Below, piece after piece: positions 38,349 to 48,100 of a stretch of 64,000 nucleotides of DNA. Below the pieces are notes generated by a model. The model saw only the letters and a list, made by a program, of their open reading frames with translations. It had not been told where the DNA came from and did no database searches. Position 1 is the stretch's first letter. Each line of letters starts with the position of its first letter. The DNA is from Thermodesulfobacteriota bacterium. GTDB taxonomy: Bacteria > Desulfobacterota_D > UBA1144 > Nemesobacterales > Mycalebacteriaceae. Where the stretch lies: the NCBI GenBank assembly GCA_965205855.1, contig OZ242184.1, positions 1,184,001-1,248,000 on the forward strand, in the 5' to 3' direction. Made by a program: the position numbers and the translations under genes.

Positions 38349-39162
38349 AAAAACCGTCTCCATTCTCGGTTGCGGCTGGTTCGGTTTGCCGCTTGCCCAC
38401 CGTCTTGTCAGGCACGGATTTAAGGTGCTGGGCTCAACAACCGACTCTGGAAAAACCACTTCCATATCGGATGCGGGCGTGCGTCCTTTTGTCATCTCCA
38501 TTGAGCCGGACAAAGAACCCGGTTCCGAGGAATTCTTCGGCTCCGATATTGTGGTGGTCAACTTCCCGCCAAAAAGAAGGGATGACATCGGGGAGTATCT
38601 CGCGGGGCAGACCCGCACGCTCATACGAGCGTTGAGACGCGGCGGATGCGGTTTTGCGATTCTCATAAGCTCAACCTCGGTCTATGCGGAAACCGGGGGG
38701 GTCTTAACCGAAAGCGATTCGGACACGGGAACACCCTCAAAGCCAAGCGGAGATGCGCTAAGGCGTATGGAAAAGGATATGGCAGCGGAGAGTTTTGACC
38801 TTACCGTGCTGAGATTCGCGGGGCTTGTCGGATACGACAGAGACCCGCGCGTGTTTCTGAAAAAAAGACACGCGGCGCCCCGTTCCGACACGCCCGTGAA
38901 TCTGATACACAGGGACGATTGCGTGGAGATAACCGCACTGGTCATTGAGAGAAACATAAGGGGCAAAACCTTCAATGCGGTATCTGATTTTCACCCTTTG
39001 CGAAGCGAGTTCTACAAAACGGAGGCGCAAAAAGCGGGAGTCGCCGCTCCTGTGTTTGAAAAAACGGGCGTGGGAAAGACGGTATCAGGAGAAAAGCTCA
39101 AAAAGGCGCTCGGTTACGAATTCAAAAAACTTCAACCCGGAGATGATTCCTTCTTCTCGTAG
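38338..39162 (+). CDS. NAD(P)-binding atypical SDR (YeeZ-like)
   Basis: ILGCGWFG, GSTT, SSTSVY, LRFAGL.G, VNLIHRDD. Confidence 0.85.
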   Translation: MASEKTVSILGCGWFGLPLAHRLVRHGFKVLGSTTDSGKTTSISDAGVRPFVISIEPDKEPGSEEFFGSDIVVVNFPPKRRDDIGEYLAGQTRTLIRALRRGGCGFAILISSTSVYAETGGVLTESDSDTGTPSKPSGDALRRMEKDMAAESFDLTVLRFAGLVGYDRDPRVFLKKRHAAPRSDTPVNLIHRDDCVEITALVIERNIRGKTFNAVSDFHPLRSEFYKTEAQKAGVAAPVFEKTGVGKTVSGEKLKKALGYEFKKLQPGDDSFFS

Positions 39163-40082
39163 ATATCCACTATCTTTTTCACAAGCGGATGGCGTACAAC
39201 GTCTGCGCTTGAAAACTTCAGAAATTTTATTCCCTCAATATCCCCGAACAGCTCCGCCGCCTCTCCGAGACCCGAAACTCTGCCTCCGGGCAGATCGGTC
39301 TGCGTCATATCGCCGGTTATCACGGCTTTTGAATGAAACCCTATGCGCGTGAGAAACATCTTCATCTGCGCCGAAGTTGTATTCTGCGCCTCGTCAAGAA
39401 TCACAAACGCCCCGCCGAGGGTGCGCCCTCTCATATACGCAAGCGGGGCAATCTCAATAATTTTCCTCTCCACCATACGCGCGGCGGCAACTGCGCCGGT
39501 TATCTCGTAAATCGCATCAAAAAACGGACGCAGAAACGGGTCGGATTTCTGCTCCAAATCTCCGGGAAGAAATCCGAGATTTTCCCCGGCTTCAATCATG
39601 GGCCTTGTTATGATGATTCTGCGGACTTTGCCTTCAAGCAAATCGGACAGCGCCATCGCGACCGCGAGATAGGTTTTGCCGGTTCCGGCGGGACCCGTGC
39701 CGAAAACTATCGTGTTGTTCCGTATCGCGTCAATATATTCGCGCTGGCGGGCGCTTTTGGGCAATATCTTCCTGCCCTTCACATTGATTGAAAGCATCGG
39801 GCCAAATACACCTTTGAGTTTTGTGTCCGCGCCTGTTTCAAAATCTTCCGGAGTGAGGGTATGCCCCCCGGCTATGAGCTCGTAAAGACGGCTTGCAAGC
39901 CCCTTCGCCTCTTCCACGGCTTTTGCGGGCCCGCTTATGAGAAGGTCTGTGCCGCGCGAGTTCACGGTTACGCCACACATCTTGCCTATTTTTCCGAGAT
40001 TGCCGTTGAGGTTGCCGAACAGCTGCTTCGCGGCGGCGGTGTTCTCAAAAACAACTTTGTCGGTTATCTGCTCTGTCTTCAT
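39132..40082 (-). CDS. phoH: PhoH family ATPase
   Basis: GPAGTGKTYLA, RP.IEAGE.LGFLPG, APLAYMRGRT, LDEAQN, GD..Q.DL, VRHPLV. Confidence 0.95.
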   Translation of the reverse strand: MKTEQITDKVVFENTAAAKQLFGNLNGNLGKIGKMCGVTVNSRGTDLLISGPAKAVEEAKGLASRLYELIAGGHTLTPEDFETGADTKLKGVFGPMLSINVKGRKILPKSARQREYIDAIRNNTIVFGTGPAGTGKTYLAVAMALSDLLEGKVRRIIITRPMIEAGENLGFLPGDLEQKSDPFLRPFFDAIYEITGAVAAARMVERKIIEIAPLAYMRGRTLGGAFVILDEAQNTTSAQMKMFLTRIGFHSKAVITGDMTQTDLPGGRVSGLGEAAELFGDIEGIKFLKFSSADVVRHPLVKKIVDIYEKKESSPG

Positions 40083-40154
40083 TCAAGGAACATCTGGCGG
40101 ACGTTTTCGCCGCCTTTTCGGAAAAATTCTATTCACTCGCGGCGGTGTTGACAA

Positions 40155-41447
40155 CTATGAAAAAAGCCCCGCGCCGGTCAAAATCGCCTGCTCGCGCGAG
40201 GGTCCCACGGAAATCAAACCCGCCTTCGCGCCCGAAAGCTCATCTATTCTTTCGATGAACCCCCGTGCCGCCTCAGGCAAATCGGAAACCTTTCTCACGG
40301 CGCTTATGTCCTCCTCCCACCCGGGCATCTCCTCGTAGACGGGGACGCAGTTTTCAATCTCTTTTATGTCTTCGGGAAAACTGTCGCGCTCGCCATCGTT
40401 ATGGCGGTATGAAACGCACAGTTTAACTTTTTCAAAACCGCTCAGGACATCAAGTTTTGTAAGCGCGAGAAAGGATATTCCGTTGAGGCAGACCGAATGC
40501 CTGAGGGCTACCATGTCCAGCCAGCCGCACCTTCTGCGCCTTCCGGTTGTCGCTCCGAATTCAACGCCGCGCTCCATCATTGCCTCGCCATCCGCGCCCG
40601 TATCCTCAGAAGGAAACGGCCCCTCTCCAACCCTTGTCGCGTATGCCTTCACAACGCCGACGGTGAAATCAAGCATATTCGGACTGACGCCGCAGCCCGC
40701 GCACACTCCGCCCGCGATTGTGCTTGAGGATGTTACAAAAGGGTATGTGCCGAAATCTATGTCAAGCAGAGTTCCCTGCGCGCCTTCAAAAAGTATGCTT
40801 TTTCCGCCTGATGAAAACTCGCGCAGAAACCGCGCCGTGTCGTCCACAAACGGCTTGAGACGCTCTCCGTATGCTACGAACGCGTCAAGTGTTTCCTCCC
40901 TGTCCACGGGCTTCCCGCCGAGCACTTTTGTTATGTAAAGGTTTCTTTCACGGAGCGCCGGGTCGAGACGCCCGGCAAGCGTGTTGCGGTCAAGCAAATC
41001 GAAAACCCGTATCCCCCTTCGCGCGAATTTGTCCTCATAAGCGGGCCCTATACCCCTTTTTGTCGTCCCTATTCTCTCACCGTCCGATTTTTCGCGCAGG
41101 GAATCTATTTCCCTATGATATGGCATTATCACATGGGCACGTCCACTGAGTTTAAGGTTTTCCGGCGACACGGCGCTTCCCAAAGAGTTCAGGGAATCTA
41201 TCTCCTCGAGAAGAATACGCGGGTCAACCACAACTCCGTTGGCTATGACACACACCTTCCCTTTGTGCAGAATACCGGACGGGATATGATGCAGAACAAA
41301 TTTTCCCTCGTCCGTGATTATCGTATGTCCGGCGTTGCTACCGCCCTGGTAACGGACAACGGCATCGGTTTTTCCGGCGATAAGGTCAACAACCCTGCCC
41401 TTGCCTTCATCACCCCATTGAGTTCCCACGACGGCAAAATTGGGCAT
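40155..41447 (-). CDS. purA: Adenylosuccinate synthetase
   Basis: QWGDEGKG, GGSNAGHT, IGTTKRGIGP, EGAQG, GATTGRRRRCGW. Confidence 0.97.
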   Translation of the reverse strand: MPNFAVVGTQWGDEGKGRVVDLIAGKTDAVVRYQGGSNAGHTIITDEGKFVLHHIPSGILHKGKVCVIANGVVVDPRILLEEIDSLNSLGSAVSPENLKLSGRAHVIMPYHREIDSLREKSDGERIGTTKRGIGPAYEDKFARRGIRVFDLLDRNTLAGRLDPALRERNLYITKVLGGKPVDREETLDAFVAYGERLKPFVDDTARFLREFSSGGKSILFEGAQGTLLDIDFGTYPFVTSSSTIAGGVCAGCGVSPNMLDFTVGVVKAYATRVGEGPFPSEDTGADGEAMMERGVEFGATTGRRRRCGWLDMVALRHSVCLNGISFLALTKLDVLSGFEKVKLCVSYRHNDGERDSFPEDIKEIENCVPVYEEMPGWEEDISAVRKVSDLPEAARGFIERIDELSGAKAGLISVGPSREQAILTGAGLFS

Positions 41448-42703
41448 CAAAGACCTCCCGCTATAAGCTCTTCAAGGTTTGAAAACTGTCTCATGGTCTT
41501 ATTTTTGGACTCAACCAGCCGCAGTTTTTTCGGGTTTTCTATGAAAATAACGCCGTATGTCGGGGGCATTTCATCCTTTCTGCTGTTATGGCGGCGTACG
41601 GGTCGCGGTTTTGTCTCTGCTATGACCTGAAACCCGTTTGACCTGAGCCAGTAACTGAGGCGGATAGCCTCTTTTCTCAATGACGATTTTGTTGGAATTA
41701 CAACAAAATGGACGGTTTTGCCCGACCCCTCGGCGGTCGGAGACACCGCCTTTGCTATGCCTTCGATGTCTGCCGCGAAACCGGTCGCGGGAGTGTCGTA
41801 TCCGTATCGTTTGACAAGCGTGTCGTATCTGCCCCCGACCACAAGAGGACGGGAAGATCTTTCGTGCAGAACCTGAAAAGTCACCCCCGTGTAGTAGTTA
41901 AAATCGCGCACATCGCAAGCGTCCACGCATATCTCGCAATCAATCTCATGCTCGCCGAGAACCTCTATGATTTTCCCTATCTTAACCCCAGTCGGCCTGA
42001 GCTGCGGCAGTTTATCCATCAACCGCAAAACGGTTTTGATCTCGCGTGTACCGGCTATGGAGCAGACGATTTTCCTCTCCCCGGCAGACAGTCCGGCGGA
42101 CAAAAGCGCCTCGGACAGTTTTTCCGCCGATTTCATCTCAAACGCTTCGCGCACCCTGGCTTTTTCCTTGCCGGCGATTTTATCCACCGCCTTCAAAAAT
42201 CCCGCGTGTCCTATGTCAAGTATAAGTCCGGAAAGCCCGACCCTTTCAAGCGCCTTTACCGACAGCGCCATAACCTCCGCGTCCGCGGCAAGGTCTCTCA
42301 TTCCCATAAACTCGCATCCGACTTGAAAGACCTCCCTCTCCTTACCGCTTGATTCATGCTCAAACCTCACGACCCTGCCCGAATAGCAAAGCCTCTGCGG
42401 CTCCCTGAGGTGATTCATTCTCGTGGCGACGATCCTGCTTATCTGCGGCGTTATATCGGGACGCAAAGCGACAATATCCCCGGTTGAAGGATCTACAAAT
42501 TTCATCGTACGGGGTTTCAGTTTTTCGTTAAGCCCCGCGCTTATCGTTTCATAATTCTCAAAAAGCGGCGTTATGACCGGTTTGTAGCCCCATTTAAAAA
42601 ACTCGTCCAGAATCTCCCGTTCGGTGTTCTGAAACGTGTATGCCTCGTCGGGAACAAAGTTCTTCACCCCTTGCGGCAATCGTATGTTGTATCCACCGCT
42701 CAA
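41447..42703 (-). CDS. hisZ: ATP phosphoribosyltransferase regulatory subunit
   Basis: LRPDITPQI.R, RLCYSG.V.R, FQVG.E, YYTG..F, GGRYD; hisZ-purA synteny. Confidence 0.88.
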   Translation of the reverse strand: MSGGYNIRLPQGVKNFVPDEAYTFQNTEREILDEFFKWGYKPVITPLFENYETISAGLNEKLKPRTMKFVDPSTGDIVALRPDITPQISRIVATRMNHLREPQRLCYSGRVVRFEHESSGKEREVFQVGCEFMGMRDLAADAEVMALSVKALERVGLSGLILDIGHAGFLKAVDKIAGKEKARVREAFEMKSAEKLSEALLSAGLSAGERKIVCSIAGTREIKTVLRLMDKLPQLRPTGVKIGKIIEVLGEHEIDCEICVDACDVRDFNYYTGVTFQVLHERSSRPLVVGGRYDTLVKRYGYDTPATGFAADIEGIAKAVSPTAEGSGKTVHFVVIPTKSSLRKEAIRLSYWLRSNGFQVIAETKPRPVRRHNSRKDEMPPTYGVIFIENPKKLRLVESKNKTMRQFSNLEELIAGGL

Positions 42704-44280
42704 AGGGTAACCTGTTTAATTGAAAGAATATCTTTAAGCCCCGACAGCCTTTCCATAACATCGGCTCCGGCGGGAGAGTCAAGACTTGTGAAAACAATCG
42801 CCCTTCCGCCCATATTCTCGCGTCCGAGGTGCATGCGCGCTATGTTGATTCCCGCATCGCTGAGTATTGAGCACATCGCGGCTATTATTCCGGGCTTGTC
42901 GCAGTTTTCACTTATGAGCAAAACGCCTTCGGGCAGAACATCAAGACCAACCCCGTCCATAAGCACAAAACGCGGCTCGTCCTTGCCGAATATCACGCCT
43001 GAGACGCTTCTGTCTCCGTCCGCGGCGGAAACACTGACCGTTATGAGATTCAGATAATCCTCGGCAACCATCTTTGTGGACTCAACAATCTCAATCCCCC
43101 TGTCCGCGGCGATAACGGGCGCATTCACTTTGCTTACCTGAGTGTCCATCGCGGGGGCGAGAAACCCCTTGAGAACCGAAAGAGTCAGAATTTTTGTGTC
43201 AAACTCCGCTATCTCGCCCCTGTATTCCGCCCTGATCTTCTTCGCCCCCCTGCAAACCTGTCCGAGGAAGGAGCCGAGCTTTTCCGCGAGATTCATATAC
43301 GGCCCCATCCTTTCCGCGTCCCGTGCGTCAAGCGAGGGCATATTCACGGCGTTGCTCACAACCCCCTGGTTGAAATCTATAATCCTGCGCGCGATGTCCG
43401 CGCCGACCTTTTCCTGCGCCTCAAGTGTGGAAGCCGCGACGTGAGGGGTTACCACAAGGTTGGGTGCACCGAAAAGCGGGCTGTCCTTCGGAAGCGGCTC
43501 GGAGGAGAACACGTCAAGCGCTGCGCCGGCGAGTTTGCCATCCTCAAGCGCGCGGCAGAGAGCTTCCTCGTCCACAACCCCGCCGCGCGCACAGTTTATG
43601 AGAAACGCTCCGTCCTTCATCTTTGCGATGGCTTCGGGGTTTATGAGGTTTTTTGTCTCCGCCGTGAGGGGCGTGTGTATCGTGATAAAATCCGCCGAGG
43701 CGAGGGTTTCGTCAAACGAGGCGGGTTTGACTCCTATGCGCTCCGCGGCTTCGGAGGCAAGAAACGGGTCATACGCGACCGCTTTCATCTTAATTCCAAT
43801 CGCTCTTTCCGCGACAAGTTTCCCTATTGTGCCGAGCCCGATGAGGCCGAGCGTTTTTTCAAAGAGCTCCGCGCCTTTGAATTTTCCGCGCTCCCATTTT
43901 CCCGACATTGTGGAGATATGTGCCCGCGGGATGCTACGCGCGGCGGCAAACATAAGGGCGACCGCATGCTCGGCAGTTGTTATCGCGTTTGCCTTGGGCG
44001 TGTTTATAACAACAATTCCGTTTCTTGTGGCGGCGGCGATATCAACATTGTCAACACCTATTCCCGCGCGTCCGATAACCTTCAGGGAGCCGCGCGCGGC
44101 TCCGATAACCTCCGCGGTTACGGTTGTCGCACTGCGTATTATGATGCCCTGATAATCTCCGATTATGCGTTTGAGTTCATCCGATTCGATGCTTGAGCGG
44201 ATGTCCGGCTCAATGCCGGGGGCGGCTTCCAGCAAGCTCCTCCCCTCGACGGCAATGCCATCTGTAACAAGTATTTTCAC
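42700..44280 (-). CDS. serA: D-3-phosphoglycerate dehydrogenase (ASB and ACT domains)
   Basis: GRAGIGVDNVD, AEH, GLGTIG, NCARGG, TPH..AST.EAQ, DKPGII ACT. Confidence 0.96.
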   Translation of the reverse strand: MKILVTDGIAVEGRSLLEAAPGIEPDIRSSIESDELKRIIGDYQGIIIRSATTVTAEVIGAARGSLKVIGRAGIGVDNVDIAAATRNGIVVINTPKANAITTAEHAVALMFAAARSIPRAHISTMSGKWERGKFKGAELFEKTLGLIGLGTIGKLVAERAIGIKMKAVAYDPFLASEAAERIGVKPASFDETLASADFITIHTPLTAETKNLINPEAIAKMKDGAFLINCARGGVVDEEALCRALEDGKLAGAALDVFSSEPLPKDSPLFGAPNLVVTPHVAASTLEAQEKVGADIARRIIDFNQGVVSNAVNMPSLDARDAERMGPYMNLAEKLGSFLGQVCRGAKKIRAEYRGEIAEFDTKILTLSVLKGFLAPAMDTQVSKVNAPVIAADRGIEIVESTKMVAEDYLNLITVSVSAADGDRSVSGVIFGKDEPRFVLMDGVGLDVLPEGVLLISENCDKPGIIAAMCSILSDAGINIARMHLGRENMGGRAIVFTSLDSPAGADVMERLSGLKDILSIKQVTL

Positions 44281-44319
44281 GGCGCTGTAAGTGGTGGCAA
44301 AGAAGCCAAAACGGGGTAT

Positions 44320-44348
44320 ATTATGCGGAAAGCCGCCATTCTTGTCAA
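44320..44348 (-). promoter_or_regulatory. serA operon promoter TTGACA-17-CATAAT
   Basis: Perfect -35 with 17-nt spacer. Confidence 0.6.
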
Positions 44349-44384
44349 TTTACCCGGCGCTCCCAGTAAACGGCTGCAAAAAAA

Positions 44385-45110
44385 GTGAACGGCGATACAA
44401 AAGCCCCTTTCCTCAAACATCTCGCGGAACTCAGAAGCGCGGTTCTTCAATCCGTTATCGCGGTGGCGGTGATGTTTGTCCCGTGCTACTATTTCCGTTT
44501 TGAATTGCTCAAAACCATAATGGCGCCCGTTCTTTCCGCGCTTCCGGCCGGGTCATCGCTTATCTTCACAAATCCGGCGGAAGGGTTCACTTCGCTCATA
44601 GCGGCTTCTCTTTTCTCCTCACTTGCGCTTTCGTCCCCGTTCATTCTGTATCGGGTTTGGCATTTTATTGCGCCGGGGCTTTATCAACAAGAGAGAAAAG
44701 GGCTGTTTTTATTCGTTTTCTTCGGAACCGTTCTGTTTTTCACGGGCATACTTTTCTGTCATTCCCTTGCCGCCCCACGCGCGCTTGCGTTTCTGCTTGG
44801 GGAGCATTCGGGCGATTTTTTCAGCGCGATGCCGTCTTTAAGCCGCTCTCTTTCGTTTCTTCTGACAATGTGTCTCGGTTTTGGTGCGGTTTTTGAGTTT
44901 CCGCTCATCGCGTTTTTTCTTTCGCGCTGGGGGGTTGTCACCCACCGGACGCTTACCGCGTCTCGCAGATACGCTTATCTCATCGGCTCTCTGCTCACGG
45001 CGGTGATAACTCCTACAACCGATTTCGCTTCAATGATGTTTCTTTTCATCCCGCTTGTCGTGTTCTACGAAGCCGGAATCGTTACCGCGCGCGTGTTCGG
45101 GAAAAGGTAA
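44385..45110 (+). CDS. tatC: Twin-arginine translocase subunit TatC
   Basis: HLAELR, P.EGF, W.FIAPGLY..E, FEFP, A.ITP..D, YE. Confidence 0.93.
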   Translation: MNGDTKAPFLKHLAELRSAVLQSVIAVAVMFVPCYYFRFELLKTIMAPVLSALPAGSSLIFTNPAEGFTSLIAASLFSSLALSSPFILYRVWHFIAPGLYQQERKGLFLFVFFGTVLFFTGILFCHSLAAPRALAFLLGEHSGDFFSAMPSLSRSLSFLLTMCLGFGAVFEFPLIAFFLSRWGVVTHRTLTASRRYAYLIGSLLTAVITPTTDFASMMFLFIPLVVFYEAGIVTARVFGKR

Positions 45111-45126
45111 ACGGCTGCTTTTTTTC

Positions 45127-45164
45127 AAAAAAAAAAGGGACGGATAACACCGTCCCCCTTTTTT
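45127..45164. terminator. Bidirectional intrinsic terminator
   Basis: A10 - GGGACGG/ataaca/CCGTCCC - T6, between convergent tatC and the adhesin gene. Confidence 0.8.
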
Positions 45165-45187
45165 ATCCGTTTAGCGGATGTGGAATT

Positions 45188-48100
45188 CTACCACCGGAGT
45201 TTGAAGCCGGTTTTAAAAATCTTGTCCTGAAACTCGCTTGTCGTGGCTCCGCCGAGATGCACCTGAATGGTATCGTTCACCCTCATCCCGAAGCTTCCCG
45301 CCATTCCGTATTCGCCCTCATATTCCGAGAAATTTACATCCAGACCGATGCGGTCGTCCTTGTCAAGGTGCGCTGCATCAATCGCCGCCGCCATCGCAAC
45401 ACCTCTCACAAGGCCTGATATCTGACGGTCGTGCTGGTCAACTTTGTCCTGCACCCATGCGTTACGCTCATACAGGTCGCCGTATCTTTTCGGCTCGCTT
45501 CCAAACGGGGACTGCCGCAACGCCTCAAGCGTCTCCGGAGAAAGCTGCTCCTGACCTTCCTGTGTAATAAACTCGTCCACATTCCTCGGACGACGGTACT
45601 CTGTCTCCGCTGTCGCGGCGGCTATGTATTCCTCTATCGTTCTTATCTCGTCAAAGTTGCGCGCGCTGTCTATTTCCGCTCCCGACTGCAAAGTATCCAA
45701 CTCAGCATCCGTGACACCGCTCAGATAACCAACAATAGAAATCCTCTCTCTCACCGTAAGACCCTCAATACCTTCCTCTATCTCGCCACGGCTTACCCAG
45801 CCGTCTCCGTTTGAGTCAAAATTACCGATTGTGGAGGGAATGTTGTTAGACGGTATATCAGTTCCGAGAACTCCACCGACGTCAAAGCCGTTCGCTTCCT
45901 GCGCTTCGTAGTATCTCAGCTGCTCATACAAATCCCCTTCCCTGTCTATCCCCGTGCCGTTCACGTCGCCGAGAAAACTGCCCGCTTGCGCGCGGAGGGC
46001 GCTACCGTAGCGAGTCGTGTTTCCGTCCGGTTCAAGAGTATTCAGCTGATCCTGAAGAGTTATGTATCTGTCGCCGAGACGGGTTGTCTCATCATCTGTG
46101 TCCGCCAGTCTCTGCCTCTGAAAATCGGATGCGCCCACTCCTTCATACAGGTTCTCTGTCCGTGAAAGCAATGACCCGTTCGGATTCGTTGTCGGCCTCA
46201 AAGAAAGGTTGTTTGTCTCAGAGTTAAACAGACTCGCATTAGAAGAACCCTGAGCCGCAACCCATTGCTGTTGAAGCTGCTCCACTTCCACGCGTTGCTC
46301 CTCAATCTCATCGTGTTTCTTGAACTCGCTGTCTGCAAGGTAGTCTTCCAAACCCGCAACATACGCCTCCTGTGCGGTTCGTGCCACATCATTTGCCGCA
46401 GTTACGCCACCAACAGAAGCAATTTCCGCTCTGACCCTCCGTTTCAATGTCTCCGGACCCTCGTCGCCAACCAAATCGTCAATCCCGTCAAAACCGAAAT
46501 CAGCCGTTTGCAGTGTCCCGTCCGGCAGAACCGTTACCACTCTTGTCGCTCCCGCAGTCTCAAACGAGCGGTCTCTTCTGTCCTGAAAATCACCAAGCGT
46601 GGAGTCGTGAATGTTCCGCGACGGGCTGAAATCCGGATTACTACCGGGTGTAGAAGCTTGTGTGATGTATACTTTCTCCTCAAACAGACCAAGACCCGTA
46701 AACGTGTATGTGCTGTCCGCCTCGGTTGGCGTTCCGCTTCCGTCTGCCGATCGTCCGGAGGCGTTCTTTGCAAACTTCTGCGAATAATCCCTGCTGGTTT
46801 CGGTCCCTCGTCCGAAAGCGTCTGCATGGCTGCCGCTTGAAACCGCACCCTGACCCACTACCGTAGAATTGGTGCCCGAAACTATCGAATCCTGTCCCAC
46901 TGCCGTTGAACGGACACCGCTCGCGTTTGAATCTTGTCCCAATACTGTTGAATCCTCTCCGCTTGCCTCAGAATCCTGTCCCACTGCCGTCGAATTAGCT
47001 CCGTTCGCCAGTGAACTCTGTCCCGATGCCGTTGAGCGTATGCCGTTCGCTATTGAACCCTGTCCCGATGCCGTTGAATCCTCTCCGCTCGCTTCAGAAT
47101 CCTGTCCCACTGCTGTTGAATTTACTCCGTTGGCCAGTGAACTCTGTCCCGATGCCGATGAACGGGCGCCGTTCGCTATTGAACCCTGTCCCGATGCCGT
47201 TGAATCCTCTCCGCTCGCTTCAGAATCCTGTCCCGATGCCGTCGAATTAGCTCCGTTGGCCAGTGAACTTTGTCCCGATGCAGATGAATTAACGCCAGAT
47301 GCCTCAGAATCCTGTCCCACTGCCGATGAACGGGCACCGTTCGCTATTGAACCCTGTCCCGATGCCGTTGAATCCTCTCCGCTCGCTTCAGAATCCTGCC
47401 CCACTGCCGTCGAATTAGCTCCGTTGGCCAATGAACTTTGTCCCGATGCAGATGAATTAACGCCAGATGCCTCAGAATCCTGTCCCGATGCCGATGAACG
47501 GACACCGTTCGCTATTGAACCCTGTCCCGATGCCGTTGAATCCTCTCCGCTCGCCTCTGAATCCTGTCCCACTGCCGTCGAATTAGCTCCGTTGGCCAAT
47601 GAACTTTGTCCCGATGCAGATGAATTAGCTCCGCTCGCCTCTGAATCCTGTCCCGATGCCGTCGAATTTACTCCGTTGGCCAGTGAACTTTGTCCCGATG
47701 CCGATGAACGGGCGCCGTTCGCTATTGAACCCTGTCCCGATGCCGTTGAATCCTCTCCGCTCGCCTCTGAATCCTGTCCCACTGCCGTCGAATTAGCTCC
47801 GTTGGCCAATGAACTTTGTCCCGATGCAGATGAATTAGCTCCGCTCGCCTCTGAATCCTGTCCCGATGCCGTCGAATTTACTCCGTTGGCCAGTGAACTT
47901 TGTCCCGATGCAGATGAACGGGCGCCGTTCGCTATTGAACCCTGTCCCGATGCCGTTGAATCCTCTCCGCTCGCTTCAGAATCCTGTCCCACTGCCGTCG
48001 AATTAGCTCCGTTGGCCAATGAACTTTGTCCCGATGCAGATGAATTAACGCCAGATGCCTCAGAATCCTGTCCCACTGCCGATGAACGGACACCGTTCGC

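Noticed and set aside
40096-40118. GGCGG..CCGCC-TTTT hairpin as a terminator
   Set aside because: The U-tract is on the plus strand while the flanking purA and phoH are both on the minus strand; the stem is short.
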